Positions 30,741 through 40,004 of a stretch of 64,000 nucleotides of DNA are shown piece by piece. Under the pieces are notes generated by a model. It had not been told where the DNA came from. It did no database searches and saw only the letters and a list, made by a program, of their open reading frames with translations. The stretch comes from Halorarum halobium (GTDB taxonomy: Archaea > Halobacteriota > Halobacteria > Halobacteriales > Haloferacaceae). Numbering within the stretch: the stretch's first letter is position 1; each line of letters opens with the position of its first letter. Where the stretch lies: the NCBI RefSeq assembly GCF_032116555.1, contig NZ_CP134949.1, forward strand, positions 992,001-1,056,000, in the 5' to 3' direction. The position numbers and the translations under genes are program-made.

Positions 30741-32398
30741 TACTGCTGAACGAACACGACGACGTCCCGGTTCCAGAGCCCGAGCCGCAGTTCGAACTGC
30801 TCGTACTCGCCGTCGAGCCGTTCGGTCACCGCGGCCCGGTGGGTCGGTTTCGTGACGATGACGGGCGGGTCGTCGCCGGTGAGCAGGGACGGCGAGCGGA
30901 CGCTCCGCGTCTCGGCGTCGATGCGCTCGAAGTACCACTGGAGCGGGAGCCGCGCCCCCCAGGCCGCCTGATCTGCGGCAGCCACGGGCGGGTCCCGGTA
31001 CTCGTCCAGCGTGGCGAACTCCGACCCGACGTACACGACGTCCGCGCCGTCGGTGTGCCCGTCCATGGCGGCTGCGGCGGCCGCGAGCATCGCGTCGGGG
31101 TCGTCGACCGGCTGGCCGTACTGCGCGTACGCCGAGCCTGGCCCGGCCGGCCCGTAGGCGGCCGCGGCCATCGACCCGGCACCGCCCGCGACGAGGGCGA
31201 CGACCAGCAGCGCGGTGACGGCCCGCGCGGGCGCGGCCCGATCCGTACGCGTCCACAGGAACCGCCCGCCCGCGGCGAGTGCAACCGCGCCGGGGAGCGC
31301 GAGCCAGGGGAGGAGGTGGACGGCCGTCCACGGTTCGGCGTTCATCGCGGCGAGTCCGAACACCAGCACGCCGAACCCCGCGACGTACGCGCCGAAGTTG
31401 ACGACGGCCCGCGAGCCCCGTCGATACCGCTCGCGCAGGAAGCCGAGCAGCCCGAGGACGACCAGCAGCCACGACGTCGCCAGCGCGGTTCGGACGTAGC
31501 CGGTGATCGCCGGGATGAACTCCCTGCCGCCGGCGTAGCCCCGGTCGAGCCGGGGCGCGACCCGCACGCCGGCGAACTGCTCGGCGGCACCCGCGAACGC
31601 GGCGGCGACGACGTCGGGGAACGTGGCGGGGTTGAACAGTCCCGTGCCCATCCCGCCCGCGCGCGGCGCGAAGAAGAACAGCGTCACGCCGAGGAAGACG
31701 AACAGTGCGCGGGCCAGCGGCGTGGCGCGCTCGCGGAACCACTCGCGTCCCTCGTCGAGTCGGGCGACGGCGGCCCGGGGCGCGCCGCGGACGCGCGCCT
31801 CGTCGAGCACCAGCAGGCCGCCGAGGAGCCAGAGGAACGGGTAGGCGACGGCGAAGCCGGAGGACGCGAGCGCGAGCGCGGCGGCGGCTGCGGCGAGGTA
31901 GAGCCCCCAGCGCGCCCCGGTCTGCCGGTAGCGCACGATGCCGCCGACCGCGACGAACCCGAACGCGGCGGCGGGGACGTCGCCACGCAGGAACCGCGAG
32001 TAGTACAGCAGGAGCGGCTCGACCGCCAGGATGCCGGCCAGCGCGACCGTCTCGTCGTCGCGGAGCGCCCCGCGGAACAGCAGCGCGGCGAGCGGGAGCA
32101 GGCCGCCGACGAGCGCGACGACGGCCCGCGCGCTGGCGTCGCTCGCGCCGACCAGCGCGAACACCTGCCGGTTGACGACGTAGAGGAACGGGCCGCCCGC
32201 GGTCGGTCGGTACGAGTACGCGCCGGATTCGAGATAGCGCAGCGTCCAGTAGCCCACCCGACCCTCGTCCCAGTGGAACGGGCGGTCGCCGAGCGAGACG
32301 ACCCGGGCGACGAGCGCGAGGAGGGCGATGCCCGCGACCGCGAGCGCGACGCGGTCGGGGCGGCGTCGGGACCCCTGACGGTCCCCCGTGTCGGACAT
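30740..32398 (-). CDS. TIGR03663/Agl23-like GT-C membrane protein (PMT-like)
   Basis: LGDRPFHWDEGRVGYW, YYSRFLRGD, LPLQWY; multi-TM. Confidence 0.8.
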   Translation of the reverse strand: MSDTGDRQGSRRRPDRVALAVAGIALLALVARVVSLGDRPFHWDEGRVGYWTLRYLESGAYSYRPTAGGPFLYVVNRQVFALVGASDASARAVVALVGGLLPLAALLFRGALRDDETVALAGILAVEPLLLYYSRFLRGDVPAAAFGFVAVGGIVRYRQTGARWGLYLAAAAAALALASSGFAVAYPFLWLLGGLLVLDEARVRGAPRAAVARLDEGREWFRERATPLARALFVFLGVTLFFFAPRAGGMGTGLFNPATFPDVVAAAFAGAAEQFAGVRVAPRLDRGYAGGREFIPAITGYVRTALATSWLLVVLGLLGFLRERYRRGSRAVVNFGAYVAGFGVLVFGLAAMNAEPWTAVHLLPWLALPGAVALAAGGRFLWTRTDRAAPARAVTALLVVALVAGGAGSMAAAAYGPAGPGSAYAQYGQPVDDPDAMLAAAAAAMDGHTDGADVVYVGSEFATLDEYRDPPVAAADQAAWGARLPLQWYFERIDAETRSVRSPSLLTGDDPPVIVTKPTHRAAVTERLDGEYEQFELRLGLWNRDVVVFVQQ

Positions 32399-32494
32399 AC
32401 CCGCCCGTGTCCCCGCCTCGGTAGTATGTCTTCGGGTTCTTCTCCGTATGCTTGGTTCGCCGTATCGAGACCGACAGGTGTCTGGTGGTGAAAA

Positions 32495-32925
32495 CCTCGA
32501 AAGCCCCAGCACGCGCCGGAATCGTCGGATCGGTCGTTCCGTCCGTTCGGAACGCTTCGGAAGCCCCCGCGGCTCTCGGCTCCGCGACCGCCGCTGCGCT
32601 CCTCGTCGTTCGCTTCGCTCGCTCCTGTGGTGCTTGTGGGGTCGGGGTCCCCCGAGAGCCGCGGCCCCTTCCATTTCCACCCGCGGGAAGTCGGCCGAGT
32701 GCAGCAGGCCTGACTACCGCTCGCGCCGCTGCGGGTAGTCCGCCGAGACGTTCGCCCGGCGGGCCGGCGAGTGCGTCGGCAGCAGCGGTGCGGTCAGCGC
32801 GTACTGGCGGTCGGCGCGCGTGGCTTGCGAGCGGTCTCGGCCGCGAGCATCGGCGCGCGCGAGGGGTGAGAAGCGCAGCGAGCCTGCGAGCGAGCATCGC
32901 AAGCGGCTGGGGAGGGCGAGGCTGC
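32495..32925 (-). repeat. Palindromic intergenic repeat, family A (long copy)
   Basis: Long stem CCGCGGCTCTCGG...CCGAGAGCCGCGG, followed by a segment matching 22081-22120 and a GACTACC/GGTAGTC hairpin. Confidence 0.7.
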
Positions 32926-33031
32926 AATCACCGCCAGCAGTAGTGGTCTGCCCGGTTGAAGAGCCGGCAGAGATAGCGATGGTGAACCAATAAGCTCACG
33001 AAAACACCCAACAACCGACTCACTCCCACCC

Positions 33032-34378
33032 TCACCGTTCCAGTTCGTCCATGATCGGCCGCACCTTCGGCTGCAACTCGTCCCACTCGGCCTCGGGGTC
33101 GCTGTCGGCGACGATGCCGTTGCCGGCGAACAGCGTCGCCCCGGTCCCGCCCGCGACGCCCGACCGGATGCCGACCGCGAATTCGCCGTCGCCGTCGCCG
33201 TCGAACCAGCCGACCGGCGAGGCGTACCAGCCGCGATCGAACGACTCGGTCTCGCGGATGGTCGCCAGCGCCTCCGAGAGCGGCAGCCCGCCCATCGCGG
33301 GGGTCGGGTGGAGCGCCTCGACGAGGGTGAGGACGTGCTCGTCCTCGTCGAGGGTCGCCTCGATGGGCGTGTGGAGGTGCTGGATGTTGGTGAGTTTCCT
33401 GACGCCGCGCTCGCCCTCCCGGACCGTGCCGAACGCGTCGAGTTGCTCGGCGACCGTGTCGGCGACCAGTTCCTGCTCGTGCCTGATCTTCTCGCTTTCG
33501 AGCAGCGAGCGTGCGTGCTCGGCGTCCGCCTCCGGCGTCTCCCCGCGCGGCATCGATCCGGCGAGCGCCTCCGTCCGGACCGCACGGCCGTCGAGTTCGA
33601 CGAGCCGTTCCGGCGGCGGGCCGAAGAACGCGTCGCCGTCGGTCGGCTGGACGAGGAAGCGGTAGCACTCGGGGTACGTCCGCCGGAGCCGTTCGAGCAC
33701 GCTCGGGATGTCGATCTCGTCGGAGAGTTCCACGTCCAGCGCCGTGGCGAGCACGACCTTCAACAGCCCGCCGCCGCGGATGCGCTCGATCACGTCCTCG
33801 ACCTGCTCGGTCCACTCGGCCTTCGGCGTGCGCCAGGCGGTGTCCGCGACGCCCGGTTTCCGACCGCTCGGGCGCATCATCGGCAGCGATTCGAGCGCCG
33901 CCTCGGCCTCGTCCAGCGCCGCCGAAACCGAGGTGGGCGTCGCGTCGGCGTCGTATCGAGTGACGGTCAGCCACGTCCCGGCGTCGGTTCGGGTGAGCTG
34001 GACCGCCGGGAGGACGAACGAGGCGGCGGGGAAGCCGCGCCAGGTGTCGGCCGGCTCGTGGTCCGCGTCGAACGAGAGTCCGCCGAGCATCCGCGGCCGA
34101 GTTTCGGGCGGGCCCTCGTGGTCCGCGTCCGCGAAGACGGTCGCGGCGTGGGTGCGGAGCGTGGCGAACCTGTCCTCACCCGACGCGGCGACGCGAACGG
34201 CCGCGCCGCCGCCGACGAGTTCCAGCCCGCCCGGCGAGGCCCAGTGGACCCGCGGCGTCTCCCGGGCCGCGAGGAACGCGCGAAAGGAGACGTCCGCGAC
34301 CTCGCGACTCCGGCTGACGAGCCCGGCGTCGGGAGCGGGGCGGGCCGACGCCGGCGCCTCGCGCTCGGGAGGGTTCAT
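33032..34378 (-). CDS. menF: Isochorismate synthase
   Basis: KVVLA, PPERLV, EALAGS, IQHL, LHPTPA, RGWYA, FAGNGIVADS; men gene context. Confidence 0.92.
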   Translation of the reverse strand: MNPPEREAPASARPAPDAGLVSRSREVADVSFRAFLAARETPRVHWASPGGLELVGGGAAVRVAASGEDRFATLRTHAATVFADADHEGPPETRPRMLGGLSFDADHEPADTWRGFPAASFVLPAVQLTRTDAGTWLTVTRYDADATPTSVSAALDEAEAALESLPMMRPSGRKPGVADTAWRTPKAEWTEQVEDVIERIRGGGLLKVVLATALDVELSDEIDIPSVLERLRRTYPECYRFLVQPTDGDAFFGPPPERLVELDGRAVRTEALAGSMPRGETPEADAEHARSLLESEKIRHEQELVADTVAEQLDAFGTVREGERGVRKLTNIQHLHTPIEATLDEDEHVLTLVEALHPTPAMGGLPLSEALATIRETESFDRGWYASPVGWFDGDGDGEFAVGIRSGVAGGTGATLFAGNGIVADSDPEAEWDELQPKVRPIMDELER

Positions 34379-34491
34379 CGACGGGGATTCGACGGGCTGA
34401 CTTTTGACCTCTCTGGTTGGTGGCCGCCGAGTCCCGATCGTCACCCGCGTGTCGCCGGTCGGATCACGGACGGTACGCTATCTCGGCACGC

Positions 34492-34839
34492 TCATCGGCT
34501 ATCGGCGCCGACGTACGCCCCGATCTCGCTCGCGATTCGGTCGACCGTCGTGTCCCGGAGTTGTCCGACGCCGGCGTCGAAGTTCGCTCCCTTCAGCGAC
34601 ATCACGTACCACGGTGAAACGTAGCTATCGCGGAGCGTTCCGCCCCGTGTCCAATCGGTGTCCGCGAGTGGCAGCGCCTGGGGTCGGGAAACGGTCGTGA
34701 GTGCGACGACGATGTACTCTTCCCCGTGATACGGGTGGTATTCGTCACTGAGAATCACGAACGGCCGACCGGCGTCGGGGTCGTCCTTGTAGGGTGCGGG
34801 ATGCCAGACGACGTCGCCCCGCTCGAATCCGGCGGTCAT
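34492..34839 (-). CDS. PemK/MazF family endoribonuclease toxin
   Basis: FERGDVVW...RPFVILS...IVVALTT PemK pattern. Confidence 0.82.
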   Translation of the reverse strand: MTAGFERGDVVWHPAPYKDDPDAGRPFVILSDEYHPYHGEEYIVVALTTVSRPQALPLADTDWTRGGTLRDSYVSPWYVMSLKGANFDAGVGQLRDTTVDRIASEIGAYVGADSR

Positions 34840-35201
34840 TCACGCTCGTCACGTGGATCGACCGCGTGCTCGCTCCATTCGTCCCAGCTTTCGGTTCCGT
34901 AGCGTTCGTCGACGGATTTGAGACTGTCGAGCATGCCGACGTACGTCCCGACGCGGTCGTCCTCACCGATCGCCCAGTACGGTTCGCTGTGTCGAACGAG
35001 GTCGCGCTCCTTCAGCCGCTGGAGCGTCGGCCCGACGCTTCCCTTCGGAACGTCGGTCGCCTCCCGGATTTCCTTCGGAGTAAATCCCTGTTCGGGGTGA
35101 TCCGCGAGGAACGCGAGGATGCGATGACCGTTCGAGCCGTCGCGCAGCGCCGGATCGAACTCGTGATTCCGGTCGTCGTACTCGTCGAACCGAACGGGCA
35201 T
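34836..35201 (-). CDS. wHTH (MarR-like) protein, putative antitoxin
   Basis: RILAFLADHPEQGFTPKEIREAT...GSVGPTLQRL; ATGA overlap with the toxin gene. Confidence 0.78.
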   Translation of the reverse strand: MPVRFDEYDDRNHEFDPALRDGSNGHRILAFLADHPEQGFTPKEIREATDVPKGSVGPTLQRLKERDLVRHSEPYWAIGEDDRVGTYVGMLDSLKSVDERYGTESWDEWSEHAVDPRDERE

Positions 35202-35335
35202 ACGTATCCATCAGTACTGCCAGGTATTAGATGTATCGAGAGGTATTCCCCCTTGTCCGTCGCCACTCCATCACCGACTGGGCGTGAAGCAATCGGTGGG
35301 AACCGAACTGACGGCTCGTCGTTCCCCCGCTCCGC

Positions 35336-35929
35336 CTAGCTGTACCGCTCCTCGGCCCACGGGTTCGCCGTGACCGAGTAGCCGCGCTTCTCCCAGTAGC
35401 CGCGCTCGGGTTCGGTGAGGAACTCGACGCCGGTCACCCACTTGGCCCCCTTGTAGGCGTACTTGTGCGGGGTGACGACCCGGAGCGGCCCGCCGTGGTC
35501 CGCCGGCAGCGGTTCCCCGTCGTACTCGTGGACGAACATGACCTCCTCGCGGCTGCAGTCCGAGAGCGCGAGGTCCGTCGTGTAGCCGTCGAGCGCGTGG
35601 AACATCACGTGTACGGCGTCGTCCTCGACGCCGGCCAGGTCGGCCAGGTGGGGGAACGTGACGCCGGTGAACTCGCAGTCGAACTTCGACCAGCCCGTGA
35701 CACAGTGGAAGTCCTGTCGCTGGGTGACCGAGTCGAGCTCGGCAAACTCCTCGTGGGAGAACGAGAGCGGCTCCTCGACGGCCCCCCACACCTCGAACTT
35801 CCACGTCTCGGGGTTCCAGTCGGGCGTGCCCGACTTCGAGAGCACCGGGAACCGCTCGGTCTTCCGCTGGCCCGGCGGGAGCCGCTCCCCGTCGAACTCC
35901 TCGTGAAGGCCGGTGACGTCCGTCGTCAT
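35336..35929 (-). CDS. Sulfite oxidase-like molybdopterin oxidoreductase
   Basis: RLPPGQ, DFHCVTGWS, HGGPLR, YKGAKWV, GYWEKRGY. Confidence 0.92.
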   Translation of the reverse strand: MTTDVTGLHEEFDGERLPPGQRKTERFPVLSKSGTPDWNPETWKFEVWGAVEEPLSFSHEEFAELDSVTQRQDFHCVTGWSKFDCEFTGVTFPHLADLAGVEDDAVHVMFHALDGYTTDLALSDCSREEVMFVHEYDGEPLPADHGGPLRVVTPHKYAYKGAKWVTGVEFLTEPERGYWEKRGYSVTANPWAEERYS

Positions 35930-36129
35930 CGTCGGAGATGTCCGCTCGTCCTACCTGAGGCTGTCGGATCGGGACGGTGGGCTGCCGGCACCGGAACGGT
36001 GGGCTGCCGGATCCGGGAACGTTCGCTGTCGAATCCGGAACGTCGATCGGCGCAACGCCAAGGACGATTGGCCGCGAGAAAAGGGACCCCCGTAGGTTTT
36101 AAATGCGGCGTCGGTTTAGCATCGCGTAG

Positions 36130-36345
36130 ATGCCCAAAGTCGAAATCACCATCCCGGAGCATTTGGAGATGCAGATCGCCCAGATGGTCGAACAGGGGGA
36201 GTTCGTCAATCGGGAGGAGGCGATCGAGGAGCTCATCTCGACCGGGATGAAGGCATACAAGACGAGCGGTCCCCAGGACGAGGACGCCGAGCCCGGGTTC
36301 GAGGACGACGGGATGATGGGCCACGAGGACGAGTACGTCTTCTGA
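36130..36345 (+). CDS. Ribbon-helix-helix protein
   Basis: MPKVEITIP...GEFVNREEAIEEL; TTTTAAAT TATA at 36097-36104. Confidence 0.85.
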   Translation: MPKVEITIPEHLEMQIAQMVEQGEFVNREEAIEELISTGMKAYKTSGPQDEDAEPGFEDDGMMGHEDEYVF

Positions 36346-36423
36346 CCCCGCGAACCGTGCGCTGAACGCTGTGGTACCGTCTGCCGGACAATCCTTAAAT
36401 CGGTTTGCCGCATAGGCGCGCCC

Positions 36424-36702
36424 ATGCACAAGGACGAGCTCCTCGAACTCCACGAGCAGATGGTGACGATCATGGAGCACTTCAGCGAACGCGAGGACGT
36501 CGACGAGTCGGTGTTCGAGCCGTACCACCAGCTCAGCGTCGACCCCTCCCACGTCCACAAGTCCAAGAGCGAACACACCCACGCCGTGTTCGTGCTCGGC
36601 AACGCGCTCGCCTCCTCGCTCTCGGAGGACGAGTTCTCGAACGCCGGCCGCGTCGGCAAGCGGATGGAGGAGCTCGCCGACGACGCCGAGTCCAAGCTGT
36701 AA
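36424..36702 (+). CDS. UPF0058 family protein
   Basis: MHKDELLELH, PSHVHKSKSEH. Confidence 0.9.
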   Translation: MHKDELLELHEQMVTIMEHFSEREDVDESVFEPYHQLSVDPSHVHKSKSEHTHAVFVLGNALASSLSEDEFSNAGRVGKRMEELADDAESKL

Positions 36703-36704
36703 CG

Positions 36705-37055
36705 GTGTCGACCCGGTCGGCGGCCCGTCGACGCGTCGCCCGCGCCCGCCGGTTCGCGGAACTGCTGGACTCGTCCGTTCGCGTTCCCGGCCTCGGCGTC
36801 AGGGTCGGTCTCGACCCGCTGCTGGGACTCCTCCCCGTCGCGGGCGACGCCGTCGCTGCCTGTTGCTCGCTGCTCATCGTCGCCGAGGCCTACCGGCTCG
36901 GCGCCGACCGCCGGACGCTCGCGCGGATGCTGGCCCACGTCGCCATCGACGCCTCCGTCGGGAGCGTCCCCGTCGTCGGCGACCTGTTCGACGCGGCCTG
37001 GAAGGCGAACGAGCGGAACGCCGACCTGCTGGCGGACGCCGCGCTCGAGGACTGA
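36705..37055 (+). CDS. DUF4112 domain protein
   Basis: LLDSSVRVPG...GLDPLLGLLPVAGD...GDLFDAAWKAN; GTG start. Confidence 0.88.
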   Translation: MSTRSAARRRVARARRFAELLDSSVRVPGLGVRVGLDPLLGLLPVAGDAVAACCSLLIVAEAYRLGADRRTLARMLAHVAIDASVGSVPVVGDLFDAAWKANERNADLLADAALED

Positions 37056-37103
37056 GCCGCTGACACACGCCGTTCCTCTCCCGACGTGCGATTCCGATCG
37101 AGG

Positions 37104-37283
37104 TCACGCGCCGCGCAGCACCGTCCATCCCACCGCGACGACGACGAATCCGACGCCGAGCACGAACGGGACCGTTCCCGTCGGGCCGCCGAACTCCCAG
37201 CCGAACGCCACGGAGCCGACGACGGCCATCGCCGCGGCGACGACGCCGACGAACTGGAGGGGCCGTGAACCGGACCGCTTCAT
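37104..37283 (-). CDS. Small two-TM membrane protein (59 aa, not in the ORF track)
   Basis: Own translation: MKRSGSRPLQFVGVVAAAMAVVGSVAFGWEFGGPTGTVPFVLGVGFVVVAVGWTVLRGA. Confidence 0.6.
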   Translation of the reverse strand: MKRSGSRPLQFVGVVAAAMAVVGSVAFGWEFGGPTGTVPFVLGVGFVVVAVGWTVLRGA

Positions 37284-37385
37284 GGGCGAACGCGGGGCCG
37301 ACGCGACAAAAACGCTGGCGTCGCCCCGCCGGTTCGCGCGGTCGGTTTCGCCGCCCTATTTCACCCTGCCCCCCAATTCGTCCCC

Positions 37386-39155
37386 ATGACCGCAGGAGCG
37401 CCAAACCGGAACGCGCTGTGGGCTCGCGCGCTCGTGGACGAACTGCACGAGGCCGGGGTCCGCGCCGTCTGTCTCTGTCCCGGCTCCCGCTCGACGCCGC
37501 TGACCGTCGCGTTCAGCGAGCATTCCGAGATACGGGCGTTCTCGCACCTCGACGAGCGCTCGGCCGGCTTCTTCGCGCTGGGCCGCGGGCGCCGAACCGG
37601 CGAGGTGACGCCCGTCGTCTCCACCTCCGGCACCGCGGCGGCGAACTTCCACCCCGCGGTCGTCGAGGCCCACCAGTCACGGGTGCCGCTGCTGGTCCTG
37701 ACGGCCGACCGACCGCCCGAACTCCGCGACTCGGGCGCGAACCAGACCATCGATCAGGAGAAGCTGTACGGCGACGCCGTCCGCTGGTACGGCGACGTCG
37801 CGGAGCCGGAGGCGACGCCGCGAAAGCTCCGCTCGCTCCGGACCACGGCCGCCCGCGCCGTGGCGAAGGCGGAGGGGACCCCCGCCGGACCGGTCCACCT
37901 GAACCTCCCGTTCGACAAGCCGCTCGAACCCGTTCCCGTCGAGGGCGACGTGCCCGAGGACCTCCCCGAACTCGCCGCACGCGGCCGGGACGGCGCGTTC
38001 GTCTCCACGACCGAAGGCCACCCGGTCCCCGACGAGACGGAGGTCAGATCCGTCGCCAGCGCGCTGGAGGCCGGACGCGGCCTCCTCGTCGCCGGCCCCG
38101 CCGACGCGCCGGGCCCGGATCCGGAGGCGATCACGGCGCTCGCACACGCGACCGGCTTCCCGGTGCTGGCCGACCCGCTTTCCGGGCTCCGGTTCGGCTC
38201 CGCGACGCGGGTCGCGCCCGTGCTGGGGGGCTACGACGGTTTCCTCGCCGGCGACGGCACGGCCGACTGGCCGGACCCGGAGGTCGTCCTGCGCTTCGGC
38301 GCCTCGCCCACCTCCAAGCCGCTTCGAACCTACCTGGCCGACACGGACGCGAGACAGCTCGTCGTCGACCCCGCCGCGGGCTGGCGGGAGGCGGAGTTCA
38401 CCGCCACGGACCTCGTCGTCGCCGACCCCTCCCGGCTCGCCGCGACGGTCGCGCGACACGTCTCCGGGCCGTCCTCGGCCGACTGGCGGGACCGCTGGGA
38501 GGCCGCCGAAGCGGCACACTGGGGGGCGGTCGAGGAGGCGGCGGCCGACGAGTTCTTCGAGGGGCGAGTGCTCGCGGACGTCGCCGAACTCGCGCCCGAG
38601 CCGGCGACCGTGTTCGTCTCGAACTCGATGCCGGTCCGGGACGCCGACCGCTTCGCGCGGCCCCGTGCGAAGGGGCTGACGATGCTCGGCAACCGGGGCG
38701 CGTCGGGCATCGACGGCGTCGTCTCGACGGCGCTCGGGGCCGGATCAGCGACGACCGACGACCTGACGCTCGTGGTCGGCGACCTGGCGTACTACCACGA
38801 CATGAACGGCCTGCTCGCGCTGGCCCGCTGTGACGTCGACGCCACGGTCGTCTGTGTCAACAACGACGGCGGCGGCATCTTCCACATGCTCCCCATCGAG
38901 GGGTACGAGCCGCCGTTCACGGAGCAGTTCAGGACGCCCCACGGCCTCGACTTCTCCCACACCGAGGGGCTGTACGACCTCGCGTTCGAGCGCGTCGAGG
39001 GCGAGGACCGGAAGGGGTTCCGCGACGCCTACGCCGACGCCGTCTCCAGCGAGGGGACCCAAGTGATCGAGGTGACGAGCGACGCCGAGGCGAGCCATCG
39101 GGTTCGCGAGCGGCTGGCCGACGAGGTCACGGAGCGGGTCGCCGGGCTCGAGTAG
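37386..39155 (+). CDS. menD: SEPHCHC synthase
   Basis: CPGSRSTPL, DERSAGF, TSGTAAAN, NRGASGIDG, GDLAYYHDMNG, NNDGGGIF. Confidence 0.96.
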   Translation: MTAGAPNRNALWARALVDELHEAGVRAVCLCPGSRSTPLTVAFSEHSEIRAFSHLDERSAGFFALGRGRRTGEVTPVVSTSGTAAANFHPAVVEAHQSRVPLLVLTADRPPELRDSGANQTIDQEKLYGDAVRWYGDVAEPEATPRKLRSLRTTAARAVAKAEGTPAGPVHLNLPFDKPLEPVPVEGDVPEDLPELAARGRDGAFVSTTEGHPVPDETEVRSVASALEAGRGLLVAGPADAPGPDPEAITALAHATGFPVLADPLSGLRFGSATRVAPVLGGYDGFLAGDGTADWPDPEVVLRFGASPTSKPLRTYLADTDARQLVVDPAAGWREAEFTATDLVVADPSRLAATVARHVSGPSSADWRDRWEAAEAAHWGAVEEAAADEFFEGRVLADVAELAPEPATVFVSNSMPVRDADRFARPRAKGLTMLGNRGASGIDGVVSTALGAGSATTDDLTLVVGDLAYYHDMNGLLALARCDVDATVVCVNNDGGGIFHMLPIEGYEPPFTEQFRTPHGLDFSHTEGLYDLAFERVEGEDRKGFRDAYADAVSSEGTQVIEVTSDAEASHRVRERLADEVTERVAGLE

Positions 39156-39186
39156 GCGGTGCCGACGCGGTCCGTCGCGAGCGGCG

Positions 39187-39849
39187 TCACTGACCCCCGA
39201 CCGGAACGGCGCCCCGTCCCGCGACGCGGACCGTCTTCCCAAACAGGCCGGGCCGGGAGGCCTGGACCGTGAACGAGCAGTGCAACCGGTCGGGGAGGCC
39301 GTTGGCTCCGGGATCGAACACGGCCGGAACCTCGATCGTCCCCCGCGTTTCGACGTCCCGGAGTTCGACGGTCGTTCGACGAACGAGGCCCTGAACGTCG
39401 TAGTACGCGGAAAACTCCTCCCACTGACCCGGCGGCTCGACGCGCACGTGGTGGTTGATGCGGCCGTCGTACGTTTCCGGCGGCCGGACGCGGAACCGGA
39501 ACCAGTCCGGGTGATACCCCTCGTACGGCTCGGCCGAGGCGATCCCCCCGATGGTCGAGTTGAACGTGAGATTCACCGCCGTCGGGCGGCCGTCACGCCG
39601 AACGATCCGGTCGACCTCGACCGACGCGTACCCGATCCCCTCCGTTTCCCCCTCCCGCGGCGGGTACTGCCAGAGGACGCGCGGGTCCTCGTCCCGTTCG
39701 ACCGACGTCTCGACGTCGAGACGCGTCGGACCCGTGCCGGGCAGCCGGCCGTTACAGCCCGCGAGGCCGCCGGCGACCGCCGTCCCGATTCCGGCGAGAA
39801 GACGTCTTCGAGCGGTGCGGTCGTCGCTACGCGGGAACCTGGAGGGCAT
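39187..39849 (-). CDS. Hypothetical Tat lipoprotein
   Basis: ARRRLLAGIG...GLAGC signal and lipobox; ATG at 39849. Confidence 0.75.
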   Translation of the reverse strand: MPSRFPRSDDRTARRRLLAGIGTAVAGGLAGCNGRLPGTGPTRLDVETSVERDEDPRVLWQYPPREGETEGIGYASVEVDRIVRRDGRPTAVNLTFNSTIGGIASAEPYEGYHPDWFRFRVRPPETYDGRINHHVRVEPPGQWEEFSAYYDVQGLVRRTTVELRDVETRGTIEVPAVFDPGANGLPDRLHCSFTVQASRPGLFGKTVRVAGRGAVPVGGQ

Positions 39850-40004
39850 CGACGGTGGGACGCTCCCGATGCATCGACAAATACCCTGGGATACCACCGA
39901 CGTGGCGTCGTTCGGATCGCCGCTCGGACCGCTTCGACGAACATGAGCCCCATCGAACCGTGGATTCCGGCTCGTCACTCCGTGGAACTCGAATCTCCCG
40001 ACCG

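Noticed and set aside
36130..36345. Calling the RHH protein CdrS
   Set aside because: Similar fold, but no adjacent ftsZ and it has a different acidic tail.
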